A stretch of DNA of 64,000 bases, taken from the NCBI GenBank assembly GCA_965207065.1, contig OZ242260.1:3040001-3104000 (forward strand), written 5' to 3'. The stretch comes from a bacterium. GTDB taxonomy: Bacteria; UBA8248. The notes below the pieces were generated by a model. That model was not told the origin of the DNA, did no database searches, and saw only the letters and a program-made list of their open reading frames with translations. The position numbers were made by a program, and so were the translations under genes. Below are positions 57,167-64,000 of the stretch, piece after piece (position 1 is the stretch's first letter; each line of letters begins with the position of its first letter).

Positions 57167-58228
57167 ATGGCGAAGCGCGTTGTGGTGGCGATGAGCGGCG
57201 GGGTGGACTCTTCGGTGGCCGCGGCCCTCATGGTGGAGGCCGGCCATGAGACCATCGGCGTGGGGCTTCGCCTCGCCGACAGGCCCGCGCAGGAATCGTT
57301 CCACAGAGGCTGCTGCGCGCCGCGCGACCTGGCCGACGCGCGCGCCGTGGCGGCCCAGCTCGACATTCCCTTCTACGTGATGGACGTGCGCGAATCCTTC
57401 AAAGAGAGCGTGATCGAGGACTTCATCTCCGAGTACGAAAACGGCAGAACGCCCGTGCCCTGCGTCAAGTGCAACCAGGTGGTGAAGTTCGACTATCTGG
57501 CCGAGCGCGCCATGGCGTTCGGCGCGGAACTGCTCGTCACGGGCCATTACGCCAGAAGGGTGGAAGTCGATGGTTGCCAGAGCGTCGCCAGGAGCCTGGA
57601 CAGGGAGAAGGACCAGACCTATTTCCTATTCGGGATGACGCAGGAGCAACTCGCCCGCACCGCCTTTCCCCTGGGGGAGTTCACGAAGGAGCAAACGAGG
57701 GAATACGCCAGAAAACTGGGCCTCCCCACCGCGGAGAAGCCTGAGAGCCAGGAGATTTGCTTCGTCCCCAAGGATGATTACCGCGCTTTCCTCAAGGCCG
57801 AAAAACCCGGCATCGACAGGCCGGGAGACATCGTGGACCTGGCGGGAAACGTGCTCGGCAGGCACGGAGGTGTGACCAACTTCACCGTGGGGCAAAGACG
57901 GGGCCTGGATTTGGGTGGCGGACCGTCGCGCTATGTGGTGGAACTCGAATCGGATTCGGCTACTATCGTGGTGGGCGAACGCGAGGCCCTCGCGCGTGAG
58001 GTTTTCTTCGCGAGGGACGTGCATTGGTCGATTCCCCCGGCATCCGCAAGCTTGCAGGTGCAGGTGAGACACCGGGGCCGCGCGGCCGCCTGCGCCGTGA
58101 CCCCCAAGGGGGATGGAGCCGTCGAAATCAGGCCCCATGACCCCGCATATCTGGGCGCCGTGGCGCCGGGGCAGGCGGCCGTTTTCTACTCCGGCGACGT
58201 GCTCTGCGGCGGCGGCTGGGTGGCCTAG
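57167..58228 (+). CDS. mnmA: tRNA-specific 2-thiouridylase
   Basis: VAMSGGVDSS, PCVKCN, TGHYAR, KDQTYFL, ESQEICF, FTVGQRRGL, APGQAAVFY; GGAGG RBS. Confidence 0.95.
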   Translation: MAKRVVVAMSGGVDSSVAAALMVEAGHETIGVGLRLADRPAQESFHRGCCAPRDLADARAVAAQLDIPFYVMDVRESFKESVIEDFISEYENGRTPVPCVKCNQVVKFDYLAERAMAFGAELLVTGHYARRVEVDGCQSVARSLDREKDQTYFLFGMTQEQLARTAFPLGEFTKEQTREYARKLGLPTAEKPESQEICFVPKDDYRAFLKAEKPGIDRPGDIVDLAGNVLGRHGGVTNFTVGQRRGLDLGGGPSRYVVELESDSATIVVGEREALAREVFFARDVHWSIPPASASLQVQVRHRGRAAACAVTPKGDGAVEIRPHDPAYLGAVAPGQAAVFYSGDVLCGGGWVA

Positions 58229-58852
58229 ATGAAACGAACCCTACTCGCTGCGATGGTGTTGATATTCGCTGTCACCGCCTCAGCCCAGGAGCAGGACAAG
58301 AACCCGGAGGGGCCGTACCTTCCGCTGCTTGGCTCTCATCAGGGTGAACTGCTGGTCGCGCGCCCGGGCATGCCGGATGTCCGGTTTCGCCAGAGCGTCA
58401 TTCTGTTGGTGGATCACAGCGAAAAGGGTGCATTCGGGTTGATAGTAAACCGTGTGGCGCAGAGAATACCGCTCTCCGCTCTCTTCAGAAGTTTCGGCAT
58501 AAGAGCGCCCCGAGAGATGAGCCAGGTGAATATCCACTACGGTGGCCCCGTGTCACCCGATACCGGCTTCGTGCTCCATACAAATGAACATAAACTCAAT
58601 GTGATACATGACTTGGGAAAGAATATAGCGGTAAGCCCGGTGGATGAGGTGCTCCGGGCCATGGCCCGAGGCAAGCGGCCCAAGAAAATCGTAATCGTGG
58701 TCGGCTACGCCGGTTGGGGGGCCGGACAACTGGAAAGCGAGATGAGGCGGGGTGACTGGTATACGGCGCCTGCGGAGCCAGATATTTTGTTCGGTGATGA
58801 TCAGGAGAGCAAATGGAGCCGGGCCATGAAGCGGCGATTCCGGTTGATGTAG
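58229..58852 (+). CDS. YqgE/AlgH family protein with N-terminal signal-peptide-like extension
   Basis: LLVA.P.M.D.RF..SVIL, GAFGLIVN, GGPV, GYAGWGAGQLE.E. Confidence 0.88.
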   Translation: MKRTLLAAMVLIFAVTASAQEQDKNPEGPYLPLLGSHQGELLVARPGMPDVRFRQSVILLVDHSEKGAFGLIVNRVAQRIPLSALFRSFGIRAPREMSQVNIHYGGPVSPDTGFVLHTNEHKLNVIHDLGKNIAVSPVDEVLRAMARGKRPKKIVIVVGYAGWGAGQLESEMRRGDWYTAPAEPDILFGDDQESKWSRAMKRRFRLM

Positions 58853-58931
58853 GTTCTAAGAGGGCGGCAATTCTCAGGTGAGTTCTATGGCAGTTCAGTC
58901 GACGCAAGCTATTATACGCACGACGCACCTG

Positions 58932-59276
58932 CTAGCCCGGCGGCCATTGCATCTGGCGTCCGCCCAAGAGGTGAAAGTGGATGTGAAAGACCGTCTGGCC
59001 CCCGTTTTCTCCGCAATTCGCGACGATTCGAAAACCCTCCTGCGCGATTCCCTGCTTACGGGCAATTTCATTCGCCGCAACGAATATCGAGCCAATCAGT
59101 TCCTTGTCCGCATCCTGTATTTCATGGAGCGTCTCCATGTGTTTTTTCGGGATGATCAGAATATGCGTGGGGGCCGCAGGGTTGACGTCTTCGAATGCAA
59201 ACAATGCGTCACTTTCATACACTTTTTTGCAGGGGATCTCGCCTGCTACGATTTTGCAAAAGACGCAAGATTGCAT
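58932..59276 (-). CDS. Histidine triad (HIT/HinT) nucleotide-binding protein
   Basis: CVFCKI, P.APTHILIIPKKH, GQTVFHIHFHLLGGR...WPPG. Confidence 0.93.
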   Translation of the reverse strand: MQSCVFCKIVAGEIPCKKVYESDALFAFEDVNPAAPTHILIIPKKHMETLHEIQDADKELIGSIFVAANEIARKQGIAQEGFRIVANCGENGGQTVFHIHFHLLGGRQMQWPPG

Positions 59277-59509
59277 GTTTTGGCTCCAATATGATGAAAG
59301 CGTACAAGAGATGGAGAATTGTATCTTCAAGCAATACCTTATGACAAACTCATCCTTGCCCCAAAGGCTTTGAGTGGTTTATCCACTCTTGCGCTGAGGC
59401 AGAATACAGTAAGTTCTGGTATCATTGCTTGCAGTGTAAAAATGCCTGGTAAGTGGTGAGCTAAAGTCTCAAAATTACAAACTGGCTTCTAGTGGAAGGA
59501 GAAGTTCGA

Positions 59510-60901
59510 ATGAATATCAGCCGAATGCTTGTCGAGCACGTTCACGCCATTACTTATGATTCTCTGCCCGATGAAGCCAGAGATCGCGCAAAATATTTTT
59601 TGCTTGATCACATTGGCGTTACATTGCGAGCGGTGGAAGCGGCCAGTTCCCGGGTATTTCACAATTACGCCCAAAAGCGCGCTCCCAAGGGTGGGCCATG
59701 CACAATTATAGGCTCGGCATTGAAAACGGATGCCCCTCATGCCGCGTTGGTGAACGGGGGCGTGAGCCACGCTACAGAAATGGATGATGTGACTACACGC
59801 TCGAGTCTGCATCCTGCAGTCAGCGTCATGCCGAGCACGTTAGCCGTAGCCGAGGCACATCAACCTGATCCGAAGCAAGTAATTGCAGCTATTGTGGCGG
59901 GTTATGAAGTGACAAATCGCATCGGTAATGCAGTGAATCCAACGAGCCACTATGAGCGTGGATTCCATCCCACGGGCACATGCGGCACTTTTGCCTCCGC
60001 GATTACGGCATCGAAGCTTTTGAGGCTTTCGGTCGAGGCCACTTCCCATGCCATGGGCATCGCGGGCAGTCAAGCGGCCGGTTCGATGCAATATCTCGAT
60101 AACGGAGCTTGGACGAAGAGGTTTCACCCGGGATGGGCTGCACATAGCGGTATCATCGCCGCCTATTTGGCCCAGGAGGGTTATTCGGGACCGGAAGATA
60201 TCCTGGGCGGGAAAACAGGATTTTTGCATGGTCATAGTGATGACTATACGCCTGAGTATGTGGTGGAGCATTTTGGTGAATATTGGGAAATCAGCGAGAG
60301 CGCGATAAAACCCTACGCATGTTGTCGTTACAACCACGCTTCGATTGACGCCACCATCGAAGTTTGCAAAACGCATGATATTCAGCCAGAGGAAATAAGA
60401 CGAGTGAAAGTTCGGGTTCCAGAGACGAGCGTGATGGTTGTCATCGAACCCTATGATATGAAAACGAACCCGCAAAATATCGTTGACGCGCAGTTCAGCC
60501 TGCAATATGCCGTAGCTGTAGCAATTCTCAGACGCGCCGCGGGATTGGATGAGTATGCCGACGATTTCCTCCGCTCTCAGGTTTACTCTTCCATCATTAA
60601 GAAAATTGAATGCTACGGTGATGCCGAGATGGAAAAGGAATTTCCGGATAAATGGCAAGCGCATGTCGAAATCGATACCGATCGCGGCGTTTTCGAAGCG
60701 CATCAGGATTATCCCAAGGGGGATTCACGAAATCCGTTGACATGGGATGAGTTAATCGAACGATTCTATGTGATGACTGCCCCAGTACTCGAGAAGGAAA
60801 CGGGTGATTTGCTCATTGAGCGGGTGAGGAATTTAGAAAGTCTGAGCAGCATGTCCGAAGTAATGGAACTTGCGTCCAAGGTGCAGGGAGTTCCAGTCTG
60901 A
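59510..60901 (+). CDS. MmgE/PrpD family protein
   Basis: HATEMDD, LHPA, GFHPTG, WTKRFHPGW, KPYACCRY, AQFS, PKGD. Confidence 0.9.
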   Translation: MNISRMLVEHVHAITYDSLPDEARDRAKYFLLDHIGVTLRAVEAASSRVFHNYAQKRAPKGGPCTIIGSALKTDAPHAALVNGGVSHATEMDDVTTRSSLHPAVSVMPSTLAVAEAHQPDPKQVIAAIVAGYEVTNRIGNAVNPTSHYERGFHPTGTCGTFASAITASKLLRLSVEATSHAMGIAGSQAAGSMQYLDNGAWTKRFHPGWAAHSGIIAAYLAQEGYSGPEDILGGKTGFLHGHSDDYTPEYVVEHFGEYWEISESAIKPYACCRYNHASIDATIEVCKTHDIQPEEIRRVKVRVPETSVMVVIEPYDMKTNPQNIVDAQFSLQYAVAVAILRRAAGLDEYADDFLRSQVYSSIIKKIECYGDAEMEKEFPDKWQAHVEIDTDRGVFEAHQDYPKGDSRNPLTWDELIERFYVMTAPVLEKETGDLLIERVRNLESLSSMSEVMELASKVQGVPV

Positions 60902-60948
60902 TGATTCATTCGCGGGAAACGGGACCATTTTAAATGGAGCACTTAGTT

Positions 60949-61674
60949 TCAAAGACTCGTTGGTACCGTTTTTCCATTGTTGAATCGCTGAAAGATTGAA
61001 ATTCCCAAAGCCAAACGCATTGCAAGACGCCTGAGGAGGTGGGTCGCCATCCCCTCGTGGTAACGTTCGGGGTCTTCAGAACCCAATATTAAAAAACCTA
61101 TTTTTTTTTCATGAATTTCTAAACTGACAATAGCAGTCGATTGGATACTTCTGCTTATAGTATCCGGAAATAGGGGGCCACCACCGCCTTCTAGTTTGCC
61201 TTTAAGCACAACTCCCCCATCCATAGGGACGATTTCTTCTTCTATTTTGCCAAGTGGGCGGATTCGGAATGATTCGTCAGATTTTGCCGCAATCACTGGA
61301 ATGCCGTCGATGGGCTCTAAAAGCAAAAAACCTGCGTATTCAATTCCGAAGCGCGATTCGATTTGTTTTGCAATTCCTGTAAGGCTCACCAATGAGGGTT
61401 CTTGTTCGAATAGAAGTTGTTCAATGGCGATAAAGTCTTTTTCGATCTGCTCATTTTGACGAACGATGTCTATGGTTTCATCGAGAAGTCGTATCAAATC
61501 CTCTCTTTCACCTTTTAGGCGGTCGAAAAGTTTATCTCGCAAGTTCAGGACTTTTGCCGAAGTGCTGACTTGTGTCAGCAGGCCACTTTGGCGAAGTGAC
61601 TCCGGATGTTCGATGAAAAAACCAGGATTTTCTTCCAAATAACTTACAACATCATCCGCCGAAATCGGCGCCAT
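60949..61674 (-). CDS. DUF484 (YigA-like) GAF-type protein
   Basis: VVSYLEENPGFF.EHP N-terminus; LILGSEDPERYHEGMATHLL C-terminus. Confidence 0.75.
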   Translation of the reverse strand: MAPISADDVVSYLEENPGFFIEHPESLRQSGLLTQVSTSAKVLNLRDKLFDRLKGEREDLIRLLDETIDIVRQNEQIEKDFIAIEQLLFEQEPSLVSLTGIAKQIESRFGIEYAGFLLLEPIDGIPVIAAKSDESFRIRPLGKIEEEIVPMDGGVVLKGKLEGGGGPLFPDTISRSIQSTAIVSLEIHEKKIGFLILGSEDPERYHEGMATHLLRRLAMRLALGISIFQRFNNGKTVPTSL

Positions 61675-61843
61675 TTCGATTCTCCTTGCACGGCATATGG
61701 ATAAAAAAAAGGGCGGATTGATGACAAAAGCTTGAAATTTCCATCAAGCTTATCACTCCCGTTGGGGATTGACAAAAACCTCAGAGCGAATCAAAAACAT
61801 CTAAACGATTTATAGTGTCTTCTGTCCAGATAGTGAGGAAATT

Positions 61844-62767
61844 ATGAAAACTTTAGAACCAGGAAGCGTTACTATTGGTTTTGTCGGAATCGGGAAGATG
61901 GGAACGCCCATGTCGAAAAATCTGAGGCGTGGTGACTACGCGGTCGTGGCCTTTGACACAAGGCCGGAAAATGTCGAGGCCTTGAGGAACGATGGTGTGC
62001 AAGGGGCTGAGAGCTTGGCCGATCTGGCAAGGCGCGCCGATGTTGTCATCACGATGTTACCCGATAGCGATATCGTGGATGCCGTAGTCGATGGACCGGA
62101 TGGAATTTCTGCGCATCTGGAAAAGGGGAAATTGATAATTGATATGAGTTCCTCCTATCCCACGAGAACCAGTACGCTTGCATCCCGCGTAGAAGAAAAA
62201 GGCTTGCACCTGATTGGTGCGCCGGTCTCGGGCGGTGTCGTTGGAGCGGAAGCCGCCACTCTGGCGATCATGCCGGGCGGCCCCAAAGAGATTGTGAATG
62301 CGGCGATGCCTATTTTCGAGACAATGGGCAAAACCATTGTACATATTGATGAAACACCAGAATCCGGACACGCAATGAAATGTGTTAACAATTTCCTCTC
62401 AGCCACGAGCCTGCTCGCATCTATGGAGGCCATGGTCTTGGCATCGAAGTTAGGCTTGGACCCTGAAAAAGCGCTTCAAGTCTTCAACGGTGGTTCAGGC
62501 ATGAACAGCGCCACGAAAGATAAATGGCCCCGCTTTCTCCTACCGAGAGACTTTACCTGTGGTTTTTCCACGGGATTGATGCACAAGGACCTCTCGATGG
62601 GGAGTGATTTGGCGCGCGAAAACGGCGTGTCGGCATTTTATTTGAATCATGCCCGGCAGATTTACGGTCTTGGTCTGCAAAAATATGGGCCGGATTCGGA
62701 CCAGACGGAATTGCTGCAAATGTTTGAAGAATGGTCGAAACAGCAGGTGGGCGAACCACCAGCGTAG
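61844..62767 (+). CDS. NAD(P)-dependent beta-hydroxyacid dehydrogenase family (HIBADH/GlxR-like)
   Basis: GFVGIGKMG.PM, ITMLP, APVSGG..GA, K..NN, HKDL. Confidence 0.9.
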   Translation: MKTLEPGSVTIGFVGIGKMGTPMSKNLRRGDYAVVAFDTRPENVEALRNDGVQGAESLADLARRADVVITMLPDSDIVDAVVDGPDGISAHLEKGKLIIDMSSSYPTRTSTLASRVEEKGLHLIGAPVSGGVVGAEAATLAIMPGGPKEIVNAAMPIFETMGKTIVHIDETPESGHAMKCVNNFLSATSLLASMEAMVLASKLGLDPEKALQVFNGGSGMNSATKDKWPRFLLPRDFTCGFSTGLMHKDLSMGSDLARENGVSAFYLNHARQIYGLGLQKYGPDSDQTELLQMFEEWSKQQVGEPPA

Positions 62768-62871
62768 TTTGTTGCTGCTATCAAAACGGATGCGGACTCA
62801 TGATGAGGTGTTTCTCCTCATAAGGTTTTCAGTGTAAGCTAATGACATGAATAGCTTTAAGTGTTCACGTA

Positions 62872-63306
62872 ATGCTCGATTTTCAAAAGGTTCTGATTAT
62901 GACTCGAAAATCGAATCAAGGAAATGTGTTTAAGCCTCCATTACAACTTATAGTTGTCTTCAGTATTTTGCTCTTGCTTCTTCCAGGCATGACGGGATGC
63001 GCCAAAACCAGGAGGCAAATGGGTAAATGGTGGGAGAGGAGCATTGCAGACCCAGTTAAAGGGTTTAAGGATCGTCAGCTAATCGTTACGTCGAATCCGC
63101 CACAGGCTGAAGTTTTCATCAATGATGTATACCAAGGTAAAACACCCTTACGCCTAAATTTCAAGGTGGGTATGTCAGATGTCTTTAAGGGTTTTACCGT
63201 ATCGGTTCAGAAAAAGGGATATTTGCCTGTAAGACGAACCATATCCTATCGGACCGAACGGGTGACATTCAGTTTGATCAAGAAAAAAAGAAAACAAGAC
63301 CAATGA
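62872..63306 (+). CDS. PEGA-domain lipoprotein
   Basis: Hydrophobic stretch with MTGC lipobox; VTSNPPQAEVFIN...GKTP...KKGY; start may be 62899. Confidence 0.75.
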   Translation: MLDFQKVLIMTRKSNQGNVFKPPLQLIVVFSILLLLLPGMTGCAKTRRQMGKWWERSIADPVKGFKDRQLIVTSNPPQAEVFINDVYQGKTPLRLNFKVGMSDVFKGFTVSVQKKGYLPVRRTISYRTERVTFSLIKKKRKQDQ

Positions 63307-63448
63307 CAAAGATAATCAGATTATAATGAATTTGAATTGACTTTTAAGGGCTGGATTGATAGATATCCTCTTCATTATGCCCGAAAGTTAGGGAAATGGT
63401 TGATTTTTTAAGACCAAAGCATATTTGAGCGTCAAGGAGATTTTTTGA

Positions 63449-63766
63449 ATGTACGCAGTAGTGGAAACCGGTGGCAAGCAAATGCGCATCGAAACGGGAG
63501 ATCAAATCCTGGTCGAGCGCTTGTCCGGTAATGTTGGAGAGAGTGTAGAGTTCGAGGATGTTCGGCTCATTGTAGATGGAGAAGAAGTTGTTGCTGATAA
63601 AGAGGTGTTGGGTAGTGCCAAAGTAAGAGCGGTGATTCGTGGACACGGACGAGGGAAAAAAGTCATCGCTTTTCGCTTCAAGCGCCGTAAAAAAGTTCGA
63701 ACCAAACGGGGGCACAGGCAGCCTTACACTCAAATTGAAGTGACTGACATCCTCGCATCTGGATGA
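63449..63766 (+). CDS. rplU: 50S ribosomal protein L21
   Basis: MYAVVETGGKQ...KRRK...GHRQPYT. Confidence 0.96.
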   Translation: MYAVVETGGKQMRIETGDQILVERLSGNVGESVEFEDVRLIVDGEEVVADKEVLGSAKVRAVIRGHGRGKKVIAFRFKRRKKVRTKRGHRQPYTQIEVTDILASG

Positions 63767-63778
63767 AAGGATTAGAAT

Positions 63779-64000
63779 ATGGCCCACAAAAAAGCTGGTG
63801 GAAGTTCATCGAACGGACGAGATAGCGCCGGGCGTCGCTTGGGCGTAAAGCGCTTTGCGGGGGAAAGTGTGAACGTGGGAACCATCCTCGTCAGGCAACG
63901 TGGCACAGTCTTTCATCCAGGTGAGAACGTCGGTTTAGGTAATGACCACACCCTCTTTGCCAAAGCAAGTGGAAAATTGAAATTCGAGCGCAAAGCAAAG
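63779..64000 (+). CDS. rpmA: 50S ribosomal protein L27 (runs off the window end)
   Basis: [26 protein letters not shown]...[24 protein letters not shown]. Confidence 0.96.
   Translation, partial: MAHKKAGGSSSNGRDSAGRRLGVKRFAGESVNVGTILVRQRGTVFHPGENVGLGNDHTLFAKASGKLKFERKAK

Overview
Chromosomal window from a GC-rich bacterium that uses the futalosine menaquinone route (mqnD); the lineage cannot be fixed from sequence alone. It is dominated by catabolic enzymes: glcDEF, cupins, a PrpB-like lyase, four MmgE/PrpD paralogues, an amidohydrolase plus AtzD/barbiturase-family pair, a 2-oxo-acid dehydrogenase E1a/E1b/E2 with a CitE-like lyase, SDRs and MFS transporters. Housekeeping genes are mixed in (pepA, leuA, rsmD, mnmA, rplU, rpmA). 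The ORF track breaks three genes at in-frame TGA codons that I read as selenocysteine: a deiodinase-like thioredoxin-fold protein (20368-21006, FGAIT-U-PPF), GrdA (50741-51193, CFV-U) and GrdB (55011-56327). The strongest candidate for a new system is a non-canonical glycine-reductase-like cluster, grdC-grdA-grdE-[insertion]-grdB. Its GrdB has U-G-T-G-T-R-S in place of U-x-x-C-x-x-C, its GrdE lacks the pyruvoyl-forming Cys, and no grdD or thioredoxin genes are adjacent. A low-GC insertion splits the cluster and carries a decayed IS1595-type transposase, an intact 247-aa protein plus PIN nuclease pair, and a nest of REP/MITE-like repeats. Also notable are a stand-alone ~200-nt promoter-to-terminator unit (31618-31860), an AT-rich DnaA-box cluster (41817-42098) and a drop in GC content from about 58.8 kb onward. 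All family calls are by motif recognition; no searches were run.
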